Positions 28,873 through 43,539 of a stretch of DNA of 64,000 bases are shown here, piece by piece (the stretch's first letter is position 1; every line of letters starts with the position of its first letter). A program made the translations under genes and the position numbers. The stretch comes from the human T2T-CHM13v2.0 reference genome, Homo sapiens. A model generated the notes under the pieces. The model was given only the letters and a program-made list of their open reading frames with translations, searched no databases and was not told the DNA's origin. The stretch is taken from NCBI RefSeq assembly GCF_009914755.1, contig NC_060936.1. The stretch is one strand, 5' to 3'.

Positions 28873-31099
28873 CTGCCGGACAATGTTTTACTCCAGTCTT
28901 TTTTTTATCACAAAAACTTCTAGCTATTCTTCAAGGCACTATCATTATCCACCTTTTCTAAGAAGCTTTCTTCATTCTTTTAGCTAATCATTCCCTGTCT
29001 CCTTTCTTAACTCTCATAACACTATTCTTAACCTTTTTCTAACCCCAACGTTCTGATGGTGGTTTTACTATTTATCCATTTATATTTTCTTTTCTACAAC
29101 TAAACTGAAGGTTATCAGGCAGTATCTAGATGTAATTCATTTTCATAGAAGAAGGCATTTACAGATTTGCTGGTAAGGCATGAAATAGCATTTTAAATAA
29201 AGTTATTAGGCTTATAGTCTTTCTTCAATGCATTTGTTCATTCTACCAATATTTATTAAGTTTTAATGATATGGCAGGCTTGCTTTTAGGTGCTGGGGTT
29301 ACAGTGGTAGATACCTAAGTCAAACTGCAGGCATGGTTTTATGATATAACTAATGATCAAATGTGATGAGATTTCTAGTCAAGAGTCTTTTATTAATGCA
29401 CGACCTTATTGTTAGTGATTGGTTTTAGGTAGAAAAGTAACTTGTGGATCTACTTTACATCATTATTGACAGAGTAACTTAGAGAATATCCACTGTATGT
29501 AAGGAGCTTTCTGAAGAGCATCATAATATATAAAACTTAGAAGCATTATGACAGAAAAAGGAAACAAACCATTTTTACTATAGCAATGACGAGATGGAAT
29601 ATAGAATTGTCTCATATTTGAATATGGACGACAACTTGGAATGAGTTTCAGCTGATATTGCAAAATCTTTGGCAGAAAGCATGTGGAGTTCTTAATGAGT
29701 AAAAATGAACCAAGATCCAGTTCTGTTTCATTCATCCAGTAGATCAAATATCCTCCCCCATGGGTTCAACTTGATTGGGAAAAGTGCAACTTCTTTAACA
29801 TTCTTGCTTTCTGGGCTAAGATTTCCCAAAGAATTCTCTGTAAGGTGCTGTCCAGACCTGACCCTGTTTATCAGATAAAACTAAACCAAATAACTTCAGG
29901 TTGTTTTGACTACTGATGGATGAGATTTAGAAAATGACAGTCTGGAATCAGTCCATGAGGAACTGCATTCACATTGAGTTGACTGTGATTGTGTGTGGTA
30001 TATCACTTTGATTTCTTCTATTTGGCCCATCTCTATGGATAATTTCTAGCAAATTCAAATTTACAAAGCAAATAAAATAATCTGACAGCTTGTAAGGGTG
30101 GGAAAGGATGTTGGCTCATTTCCCTAAAGACTTATCTCATAGAAAGGCCATATTTTATATGAAAAAGAAATATAATTCAATGTTTCTCTGCCAGAAAAGG
30201 CAGCCAAAATTTTTATATTGTTCTGGGAAGAAAACGACCTTTTGCAATTTCCATTTACTCTTCCTTACCAAACCTAGGACTTTATTCTTTTGGAGATGGA
30301 AACAGTATTGCAACATTTTCGTGAAGTGAATCTTCAAATAAAGTACAAAGAAGTTTCATTCCGCAAACCCCCAACCTCCTTCTTGTTTCTCAGTTCAGGC
30401 TCATTGTTGTCTTTAGCTCCTCTGCTCTCGGTTTTGGCTTCCTGATCACCTACATCATTTGTTTCTCTGTCTTTTCTGACCCTTCACCACAACACTGTGG
30501 TATTCACTATCATAACATGTGGGCCAAAATGAGTTCATACTGACTACTAGAGTATGTAATTCCACAGGAATTTTATGATCATTGAGCAATAATTCTTGTA
30601 TATCTATTTTACAAAATTATCTAGGAAGCAAATTATAATAGAGTATTTCCTCAAGGCTCTTAATAACATGATCTATTTTTGGGAATTCTCTCTCCATGCT
30701 GGCACTTGAAATTTATTACCTCAATAGTTTTGACAGGCAAAAGGATGAAAGAGGTAGAACTGTTTAAAGTTATTTTTAGCCTAAATCTAGGTTTATTACT
30801 AACAATAGGTTCCCATTGTGCCACCCTAGAGCATCCAAAGTAATCAGAGTAGAATAGAGAGGCAATTAAATTGAAAGCCAACAATCTGCTGAATACGTAT
30901 TTTAGTATCATTTCACCCTACCTTAACCTTCTTTATATGTTCAGACATCGGTAAGTGTAGTTCTCCTGTTCAGTAACTTACTGTGATTTTTTTTCATTTT
31001 TTTTGTCCCAAGTCGGTTGCAGAAGGAGGTGGCTATTCAACATAGGTCTCAGGGTGGTGAAAAATGAGTTAATATTTATTTGTTCCTATATAGATATTA

Positions 31100-31469
<370 letters not shown>

Positions 31470-31717
31470 TAAAGCATGCTTTACACACATCATCTCATTC
31501 AACACTCATAAACAATTCATGAGTAGGTTCACACTGCCTCTTATAAAGGAGCAAACTGCGTCTTCAAGAGGATAACATAACCTAATCCACCACTAATAAA
31601 TTTTACCCCTTTAAATGATACAATTCCAACCAATGATTTGTGCAACAAAAACTTTTCTCCACTCTAACTTCTCCTCAAATCATTCTTTTGCAAACATACA
31701 AAAAATGACATACACAT

Positions 31718-32051
<334 letters not shown>

Positions 32052-33094
32052 CTACACCACAAGGCTCAAGGAAGCCTTCCATCCTGAAATGCAAATGCAA
32101 TTAAGCATCTCAATTAGTAACTCTTAATAGCATAGTTTAGACATCAATGTGATTAAACAATTAACTGCAGCCCCTACATGGTGTTTCTTCACTCGCTAAG
32201 GTTAGCTGTGGTCGCTATTGTTTCTCCCCATGCCTTTCCCTTCCCACATCACCAGCTTCTTGATTGAGTTGTCCTGACCACACTTGGTTATTTTCCTATG
32301 GATTCTAATAATAAGTCAATTACAGAGGCCTGGCAGTTGGGGAAATGACTTTGGTAACTCCCTTCTGCACAGTATGAGCCCAACTAATGACAGAACAGAA
32401 CACTTACTTTCTTTCCTTTGTTCATTTTGTTATTTTTCCTGCAATCCAATGAACCCTTTCTTTCCTAATTAGTTTTCTGCTCAGCAGCTTATCAAGTTTG
32501 TCTCTTCCAAACTAAATACATCAGGCAACTCTAGATCGTTGTCAAGAGACAAAGTTAAATCATTTGGGGAGGGGGTAAAAATAGCTCTAACTCGATCTCT
32601 ACTGGGCTTTGGGGAAATCTAAAACATGTTCATTTTTCTTTCAAATTGGCTGCCTGGTTTCATTCTTCACTTTCTAGCATGACGGTAAAGTGGATTATTA
32701 TTATTTTTTTTATCAACAGCATGGCAGCATTTAGATAGGGTGGGGGCAATCCTATTTTCCTCTTTCACTGGATGAAGACAAGCAAAACAATATGCTTTGT
32801 CAGTATGGATATTTCTCTACCAAGATAGTCCCCAGAACGGTTCTATATAAATGTTATTAAACTCCGCATTAAACAGCCTGTGTGTATGGGTACTGAGCCC
32901 AGAAGTGCCTGACAGCTAATGAATAAACATACTTTATTTCTAGCAAGGCTTTTTTAAAGGATATGGTGCCTGAAAACTTTTGGCAAAAAGATCCACTTAC
33001 TTTTTATTTTAAAAACGCATATGCTCACATGGAAACAAAAGTAAACCAAGCAGAGTATCACTCCAATTCTTGAATTTATAAATAGGTAAATCTC

Positions 33095-33511
33095 TTATGA
33101 TTTTGCCTGAAGAAAGTCAAGAGACGCCACCTTCTTCAGTTCAGAGAAAATGCTGCTGCGGCATGTCTTACTCCAGTCCCACGTTGGAGAGAGAGCTGCG
33201 TGTCCTTTATCCAGCTGGGCACTCTCCAGAGGGGGCTTATCTCTTTTTCGAACACATGGACTTGTAAATACAAAGTTCAAAGGGCTTCCTACACAGCCAT
33301 TTTAGTCCTTATTTGGAAAGAGTAATGTAGATATACATATAGATATAAAATAAAGACAGCAGGTTTACCCAATATAGTTTGGAGCTGGAATTTTCATTCC
33401 GTGTGTGTGCGTGTGTGTGTGTGTGTGTGCGCGTCTGTGCACGTTTACATTGTTTTACTGCCTTATCATATATATGCCCAGATTAAACAGCTTACCTTGT
33501 TTTAGCCTCAT
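33095..33511 (-). CDS. Candidate two-exon small ORF (33511-33496 + 33288-33095), 69 aa, or alternative first coding exon; unverified
   Basis: TTCCACC-ATG Kozak context, AAG|GTAAGC donor, TGTGTAG|GA acceptor in frame with ORF 33095-33280; lies in a CpG-retaining block. Confidence 0.3.
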
Positions 33512-34800
33512 GGTGGAATGAAGGAATACTTACTACTTTTACTACTTTTTCATCTCACTACGATGAATTTATTATGCACTTTTCATGATTTATCTGTGAG
33601 ATCTCAGTCCATCCACAGTCAATGATAGCACAGAAAGCTCCTTACTCTAAATGTATAGCACAAAGTTTACACATGCAAATAGTATATACTGAAAAAAATA
33701 AAACTAGAAAGGCAAGTATGATGTAAATATATACTACATGAAATTTTCAAGGACGAAGACTATTTCTAACCACACCGTGGTGTCTCTGGTTTACCAGATA
33801 AGAACTATTATGAGCGGCTGAAGCTTACATCACCCCCCAAGTACAACAAGGCATTTGAGGGCTGAATCCCTGTAACAATTCAGACATGCTGAGAAGGAAG
33901 TTCAGGGCAGTCAGGTTTGGTGACTGTTCCATGGACAACGTCCTGGGCTCATCTTTGCGTCATTACCTACCCCTGGAACTGTGATTAACAACCGCTAAGC
34001 CTGGGACTTCGCGCCTCTTGATGAACTCTGCTTTAGAACAAAGCCATCATTCTAAGGAGCAGTTTAGTGTGCTGTAATGAACTGGAAGAAGGCAGAATGG
34101 CAGAATGTAAAGGCTGGGAGATATGGGCACTCTGCAGGAAAGCAGAGTCATTAAAAATAATGAGCAGTCTTCACTTCCTTCTTTTTATTAACTTTCTGCA
34201 AAGGACAACCCGACGCTTTATTTTTTAACACAGTCTCCACTTTTCCTAATATCCGTTAGCAGATGGCTAAACATTTTTTCCACAACATGTTCCATAATAC
34301 GTGGGACTACGCTGCAAAACACTTAGGGTCTTTCCCCTTTTTGCTTAATACATCTTAAAACTGGTGTTTCTAATAACTGCCTCTAAGCTAAACAAGAACG
34401 TGTCATCCCTTCCGCCTCTGAAATATACAAAGGTAACATTTTAAGGGAGAGCTGAAACCACAGAGCAAGGGCAAACAAAAAGACTGTAAATGCCCATCCT
34501 AAAGTTCCATTCATTCCAAATTTCTCCCTCAAACTGGCCCTGCAGTACTAATTCGTGTCTAGGAATCTCTAGGAATGGTTTCAACACTTAATTGTTGGCA
34601 CAGTTTTGCTTTCAGAATTCTGATAGGAAAAGAGAAGCCTGAACGAACCGGACGGTTGGAAAAAGGCCAGAATTTTAGTCTTGAAGAGATTTCTAGCATG
34701 AATTATGAACCTAGCTGTTCTGAGTTAGTACTTTGTTCCCTTGGAGAATGGCTGCCTTAGTGCCAAATCACAGAACCGAACTCATTTTTTTCCCCTTGTA
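33121..34800. promoter_or_regulatory. CpG-retaining unique block: candidate promoter/enhancer (not a full CpG island)
   Basis: About 31 CpG by hand count versus about 2 in the equal-length block 26941-28620; no recognisable interspersed repeat. Confidence 0.55.
33401..33434. repeat. (GT)n/(GC) alternating purine-pyrimidine microsatellite
   Basis: Direct reading. Confidence 0.95.
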
Positions 34801-35079
34801 GTTAATAACTTAAGCCAAGCTTCTGATCAAAGGGAAGGAAGCACAACTGCTAAGACTTAGAGAAATTGTCAGCTTGACCAAAGTCTCTCTGACCTATGGA
34901 TCCAAGTGACCCAAGTTCCTATTAATCAAAGGGTGGGAGAGGAAGTAGTACTGGAACACCTCTTACACATCAGGCACATGTCAAATACTTCATTTACACT
35001 GTTCCACATAATCCTCACAGTAACCCCAAGAAATTGGCATTTTTATCCATGAGTGATATTTAGAAAGTTAAGATTTATT

Positions 35080-35290
35080 AATTCATTCATTAAACAAATA
35101 TATATTGTGCAATAAATATATTGTAGGCATGGTACCAGATGCTGAGGCTATAATGATAAGCTAGATAGATGCAGTGTCAGTTGCAGTGAAGTCTTACAAT
35201 TTAGTGGGGATGATAGATATTGCATAAGTATTTATAAGCCTGATGAGCATTTTAGAAGGGGAAGCATAAAGTGCTGAACAGGTATTGAAA
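35080..35290 (-). mobile_element. L2 3' end
   Basis: ATTCATTCATTAAACAAATA...GGCATGGTACCAGATGCTGAGG. Confidence 0.65.
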
Positions 35291-35569
35291 ATGGAATTTT
35301 TCTCCATTCTTCAACACATGATTATTGGAAGCCCCAAGATACCACTAGCTTTGAAGTCTACTGCAAACTTTTGGCTTAGGAAACTAAACAGTGCTCTTAT
35401 CAAGCAATAATCTTCCCTCTCCTGGATGTATCCTTGATTAATAATAGTGTCACTAATGGTGAAACATGAGTGGAAGATGCATGATTGTTAATATTACCAC
35501 AAATGTGTTTGCTTGCTTAAGTAGAGCAAAGCTAAAATTCGACAAACAATTGGTATCTATGTTTAGATA

Positions 35570-35756
35570 CCTAATAGAACTTTCTGTATTGATGGAAATG
35601 TTTTATATCTGTGCTATATATGGACCTTGGCTATTGAACATGTGAAAAGTTGATCCTTGGAACTAGGGGATGAAATTTTTTATTTGATTTGATTTTAATG
35701 AATTTTAATGTTAAAAGCTATATGTAGTTAGTAGCTACTATATTTGACAACATAGT
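35570..35756. mobile_element. MER3-like hAT MITE
   Basis: AATAGAACTTTCTGTATTGATGGAAATGTTTTATATCTGTGCT. Confidence 0.8.
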
Positions 35757-36546
35757 TATAGATAATTTTCATGGGGCAGAAAGTGTCCGGAAACTTGCTC
35801 TCTCCATCATTGCATTTGGAGAGGTTTGGGTCTAAGTCAGTCGGAAGCCAAAAGGAATCAGTTTCTTTTGGAGTCATACTGAGACTCCTCTAATCTAGAG
35901 GAACCTTATATTTTTGGGATGGCTTCAAGAAAGATTTAGGCAGCAACAAGAAACCAACTTCAATCTAGACTGTAATAAGATGCAACTACAAACAGATCTG
36001 GAATAGTTCTTAAACCAAACTATCCTACCAGTGTTAGTCAGTTTGGAGATAATCCAGCATTGGCCCATTTCAGTTACCCATAAAGGAGGAGGATTCAAGT
36101 GCCCCCTAGGGTCAGAGCATGTCTGAAGGAAATATCACACACACACTCATACACATGAGCATATACACACACATGCCTTTGGGTGTTCGTGGATCAGACT
36201 TAGTGACCATACGTGTCTGAGACAGTTATTTTGCTAAGAGTTCTAATCAGGAAATGAAATAAAAGAGAGGTGATTTAAACCTAAAAAGAGATGAAACTGA
36301 AATTGCTTTAGATCCTTTTGCCGAAGCACCCAACTCATTATCTGAGCTTGTTTTAAATAAGCAAATGTTATCTATCAAGCAATACATAAAATTCGTCCTG
36401 CCAGATATTCAATTATTCAGTGATACAGTTTACTACACTGCCGCTTATTTGGGCTCCCATGTTTGGTGGGTCTCATGGCCTAAGAGACTTGCTGGGTTTT
36501 TTTGTTTGTTTTTCGCTTTTTGTTTTTTAAATAACACATAGTCAGA

Positions 36547-36627
36547 TAGGTTGGTGCAAAAGTAATAGTGGACTTTGCCATTACTTTCAATGGCAAAAAC
36601 CACAATTACTTTTGCATCAACCTAATA
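36547..36627. mobile_element. MADE1 (Hsmar1 MITE; miR-548-type hairpin)
   Basis: TAGGTTGGTGCAAAAGTAAT...ATTACTTTTGCATCAACCTAATA palindrome of about 80 bp. Confidence 0.95.
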
Positions 36628-37043
36628 CTTCCAATTTGCTCTTGGATGGCAATGACTTTTTTTCTTTGTGCTTTGGGTCTGCTGGCTGCTACCCCCTTAG
36701 CCAGCTACTTGACCTCACACACCAGCTATGAGTTGATCACAACATCTCTAACATAACTGTATCTTATTAGTCACTCAGACATTACTGGCAGCCTACCGCC
36801 TCCAGGGCTGCCGTAGGATGTAGCAGCCATATAAGGAAGCAGCAGGAATCAGTCACAATTATCCCTTGCTTTATTCTTAAGGAAAGAAAAGGAATCAGAC
36901 CATTAAAAATATGATACCTGTATATTAGTAGGCTTGCTCGTTGCCAATTATCCTCTTGAAAACTGGTCTTATGCAAGCACTATTCATTTTCAGTGAAAAA
37001 TGGGTTTGAGGCATGACTGATAACAGATCAGTTTATGAGATAG

Positions 37044-37126
37044 TATTAGATTCGTGCAAAAATAATTGTGCTTTTTGCCATTAAAAATAATGGCAAAACA
37101 GCAGTTACTTTTGCACCAACCTCATA
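37044..37126. mobile_element. MADE1 (Hsmar1 MITE)
   Basis: TATTAGATTCGTGCAAAAATAATTG...GTTACTTTTGCACCAACCTCATA. Confidence 0.9.
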
Positions 37127-37564
37127 GTAATAAAAGCTTCTTTTCTTTGGAAGCCAATAATGTACTAAACATACTTAGTATATACCTTCATTATTATATC
37201 CCATTTTTGTAAAAATTATTTCTATTTTTCAGGTGAAGAAACAACATCTATGAGCATTAACAACTTGTCGAAGGTCATATATGATACGTTTGGAAGTCAC
37301 AAACTCATTTAACCCATGTAGCCTGAGCTGTTTCCCGTTTGCTGCACCATATTTTATGAGTAAGGTCCCTGAGAGGAGAAAGAGTTGTGAATGGGGTGGT
37401 GGAGGGGAGAAAGAATGCCAAGTTATCCAATTTCATTGGGTTAATAGAATTGATAACATGTCTGTTTTTCAATATAAGTCCCTTAACTTTGTCTAGCACA
37501 ATCCTAGACACAAATAAGGTATTTGCTGAATGAAGTAAAAATATTAAAATCTGTTCCCAAAATA

Positions 37565-38075
37565 TTCATTTGAAATATATTTTGGAGCCAGTATTATGTA
37601 AAAACATTGTATTTTGGCACTGGAATACAGGAAATAAACAAGAACGGAAAAGTTTCTCCCTTTGTGGACTTATATTCAGGTAGAGAAGACCAAAAAAAGC
37701 GCAGCAATGAATAAAATCATTCTGGATGGTGGTGAAGCATATGAAGAAAGTAGAACAGAGCAAGGTGGCTCGGGGCTCTGGAGTGACTGTGAAGGGGCTG
37801 GAGCACTAATTTAGACTGACTGATCAAGCAGTGCTTAACAGGGAGTTGGCCTTTAGTTAAGAGCTGAGTACCAACAGGAAAACATCAAGATGTATGAGGA
37901 GAGTATGCCAACAAGAGAAAACATCTCACTGAATGGACAGCAGGGAAGAGAAGAATCAAAGATGTTTCCTGGAGTTTGCTTTCAGCAACTGGTTAGAACA
38001 TTAGTCATTTACTGAGAATGGAAGACTTGGAGGAAGCAGATTGTGTGGGAGGGAAATCAAGAGTTCTATTTAATT
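37565..38075 (-). mobile_element. L2 fragment
   Basis: GGACTTATATTCAGGTAG; GCAACTGG...CATTTACTGAGA; GGGAAATCAAGAGTTCTATTT. Confidence 0.7.
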
Positions 38076-41000
38076 TTCAGAAGGCATTTCTATAATGCTT
38101 ACTTTTACAACGCAGGCTCAAAATAAAGTGTCCTAATTCCAGTCATTTGAGATAAAGATTTTATACATTTAGTGAATACATCAAATGTTTTCATTTTGTA
38201 TCAAAAACTCTAAGAAATACTTATAATTATTCTTTTAAAATTAGTTTTATTTTTTCAATCTTAATAAAAGAAAATGAAAATCTTTAGAAACATCATTTCT
38301 ACTTTTTCAGACTTTCTAGAATATTAACTACTAAAATGTATTCCTGAACATATTTTTAAAAGAAATGTCATGCTCAGTCAAATTCAGATTGTATCTATTC
38401 AAAAAAGTCCATAAAACCTTACAACAAAATTCTTATTTTTTCAATGCTCCTATTTTCCTTGGACTTGAAGAAGATTGTGAATTAGTAAAATCTTCCATTT
38501 AAAAAAGCAATGATTTTGTAGTGAGTTCTGGAGGAAACAATGTCATAGTTAACATTGTTACAATGCAGCAAAGGTGGCCAGAAGAAAGACAATCCTCTGC
38601 CTTCTGTGGGGAAGGGAGTTAAATCTCAGCCCAGTGTTGGAAGAAAAAGCATTTCCTTAGCAGGCAAGTATGTAGGCCGTGGGAAGGGTGTTCTGGGCCA
38701 ACGCAGGCACAAATGCATGAACTCATTTGAAAACATAATCTCCCACCTGACTGGAAAATTTAGCATTCTTCGGGTGTATGCACCTTAAAAGAAAATAAAT
38801 TATTTGAAAGCCTTGGGATCTGATACATCTTGATGTTTTGTTGAGTTTTATCAAAGTGCCTTTACTCTCTCTGTTTTAGGATTACTTCAGAACATCAGAA
38901 ATGATCACGGAATTTTAAATGTTGATTGACTTTCAAAGTCATTATTTGTTACCTTAAAACTATTTCAAAGAAATTATCTGAAAATCATAAACTTATTTTT
39001 CTATGTATTTGGAGAGAGATTCAATTATCTACATATTTGGAGAGATATTCATTTGTCAGAGTCTATATTTGTGTAGACGGATTAACTGGGCAATTGGCTG
39101 AAGTTTTTATTCTTTAATTAGACATTTTAGTATTATGCAGCACTATTCCCTATAAATATATTTTTTTAACATAAATGCCTTGTAATTGTAACTTTTCATG
39201 TTCTTAGAGGTCCTAGTAAGTGAAAAAGCACATTCTCATACAAACTGAATTTGAATATAAAGTATATCCTAACTAATTCCTTGACCTAGTGATTTATTCT
39301 CCGTAAGTTTCTAGGAATACTGATTTCATTTAAAGATACTTTTAAAATCTAAATACTTTAAAACGTGCAGCCTCTATAACTTGGCCAATTTCTGCTGACT
39401 AGTAATTATATATCTTTTAAAGAATTGTTAACGATGGTGCTCGAGATAAATTCTAATTTCCCTTCTCTACTAGATTTAGCTGATAGCCATTGTTTATAGA
39501 GTTTGATGATTTCTCCTCATTATCCTAATTGTGAAAGCAGTAGAGTATGCAAATTACCAGAAAAATTTCCTACTGATAAACTATGCAAATGAAACATCAA
39601 GTGAGTGGATATATTCTTTTGTGTCATTAATCAGTTGATTAAACTCTCCTAAAATGCAAGCTGGTATGACTGAGCCCGCCTTTCAAGACTCCAAAGAATA
39701 TTTATATAGCCAAGCCAAGACAGCAAATGCATATTCTCTGCACATAGTTTTTAAAAGCCTGAAGGCTTTCAGTTATCCATGTAAGGACCCAAGATTACAG
39801 CTGATCTATATTATATCTATATTATTCTGTACTTTCTATAATATCATTTGAATTCCAAAGCAGAACCTGGGAAGAGAGGGGTGTTGAACTGCTCAGTATG
39901 CAAAGCAATAATAAATGAGTTTTCCAGACCACAGTTCTAAGGAGGAAAACCTGTTGGAAAAGAAAAGAGTCAGGGATTTCAAGTATTTGTTTGCTTTCTT
40001 TTTTAACTTGGCTTTTCTACGCTTCTTTTCCTAAGTTGCCATTTGCACATACAAATCACTTCAGTTTATTTTTAAAACCCACACAGGCAGACATTGTTTT
40101 GTTGTGGTTACATCCTATTCAGTAGAGGCCCCAAACCTCCTATTGTGAGAGGAAATGAAGGCTGGTGGGATCTTTAAGGGGCCTCTCAGGACAGGTGGTT
40201 CCTTTCATTTCATGCCTGTAATTGCTGTGATTCAACCCAAGCTTATTGCCAAAGGTCCCTCACTATCCATCTCAAAATACATTAAAGAAGGTTGGTCTCA
40301 CAAATGGAGCCAAGTTTGAATTTTTATTGACAAGAAACAGGACAAAATAACTTTCCCCTTTTGTCCGAAGCTCTTTCAGCGGCATCAGTATGCTGCCTCA
40401 CTGAAGTAGTCCTACAACCAGGAAAGCCAAGGCACTTTATGAAACTCAACAAGATGTCAAGATGGATTAGATCCCAAGGTTTCCAAATAAATTTTTTCAG
40501 GTTCATATACCTGGAGAATGTTACATTTTCCAGCCATGTGGCAGATTCTAGTCTCAAACAATTCTGTGCATTTGTGCTTGTGATGGCCCAGAATGTCCTT
40601 CCCACAGCCCCAATGCTTGCCTGCTAAGGAAACACATATGCTTCTAAGACTGGGCTAAAAGTCTCCTCAGCTTTGACTCCCTTCTCCCAAAGGATAGAAG
40701 ATTGTCCTTCTTCTTGCCACCTGTGTAGCTATTATTACATTATAGTGTTACTGTTGAACAAGCCTGGCCTCCAGATGAAATTAGACTGTGAGCTCCATGA
40801 AGATGGAGACATTCTTGTCATGTTTGCATCCCTGTACACAAAATACAGTGGAGCTGAAGATGTACTGAAGGAGCTGAAGAAACATGGTCTGATCATGTGT
40901 CCAAATTAGGATTCAGAAAACTGGATCACTCTAATGCTAGTTCAAAGCTCTTCCTCTGATGATACATTTTCTGCCACTGAATGTTACCAAGTACAAACTA

Positions 41001-41711
41001 GAAGACCCTAAAACGGGGATTTAACCATTTCAAAACTGGAGGTGTTTATCAGAAACAGAAGATAAAACTAATACCTAAAAAAAAGTGATCTGAGAAAGAG
41101 GGAATAATATTATCAGACAAAAGATAGAAACATTAAAATTTTAAAATAAGCTTGCTATCAGTCCTACACTGTCATTTTCAGAATATTTTTCAAGGCTAAC
41201 AGATTTCCCACCTTCCTTCATTCATTTCTGAGCAGTAGGTCTGCAACTTCCCTAGAAAATGATTAAATTTGTGGGTTATGTGGGAGAAGTCAGTCTATTC
41301 TTCTTTGAAGTAGTGTGGCTTAATAACCGGTATGAGATATTGCTACCCTTGCACTCTGGTCTCTCTAAGGCCTAGAGTTAGGTATAATCTTAAAAATTTG
41401 ACAACTGGAAATCAAAATTTACTATAGAAATCAATTGACAAATAATTTTTAAAAGTACTTCCTTTTATTCTCCAATAAACTAAGATATAGATAACATAGA
41501 ACTGTTTAGCAGGTGATATGTTGTAATGCCAGTAGTTCATAAAATCATTCTAATGAATTTCAAACTATTTGTTGAATTTTGGGAATTATTAGTGTCCTCT
41601 CTTTTTGATGCTATTGTCATTAGTTTAAAAGAGGCCCCTATCTGAACATGATAAGACATAGGAAACCTGACTTTTTCCCAGTGGATTAATAGTCATTAGG
41701 TTCATGCTAGT

Positions 41712-43050
<1,339 letters not shown>

Positions 43051-43539
43051 CAGCATTACTGTTATTACTACCATCCACTCTGTCACATGCCTATCAATCA
43101 TGAGCACCTCTGGATCTAGAGATGAGCACTGCAGATACCTATGCCACTTCCTCTCTCAGACAAGTCTGCAGCTTCCAAAGGCCCCCCTCACCAGCAGGCA
43201 AAACTACCAGGGCTCATGATGCATTTCATTAGGTGACAAGTGGGCTCAATATCTTAAACCATTTACCATCTGGTACAGAAGCTCTACATTTCAGTATTTT
43301 GAATGAGTGATATGTTTGTAGCAGTGGTGCTTACAAACTGAATATCAATCCTAACTAGAATGCTGTGGTCCTTATAGATAAAGAATGAAAGTCAATTTCT
43401 CTTCAATCAGCCAAATAATCATCTAGAGCCTCTATCATAATTTCTAGAAACTTGGCTTTGACACTTAGGAACATGAAGTCAGAGAGAGAAATAGAAAAGT
43501 ATTCATACTGTCCAATTTTCATGAATTATTTTAAACATG

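Noticed and set aside
33097-33305. Plus-strand short ORFs (MILPEESQ... and MLLRHV...) after a TATA-like TTTATAAATA
   Set aside because: Under 60 aa with no splice support; less coherent than the minus-strand model, though not excluded
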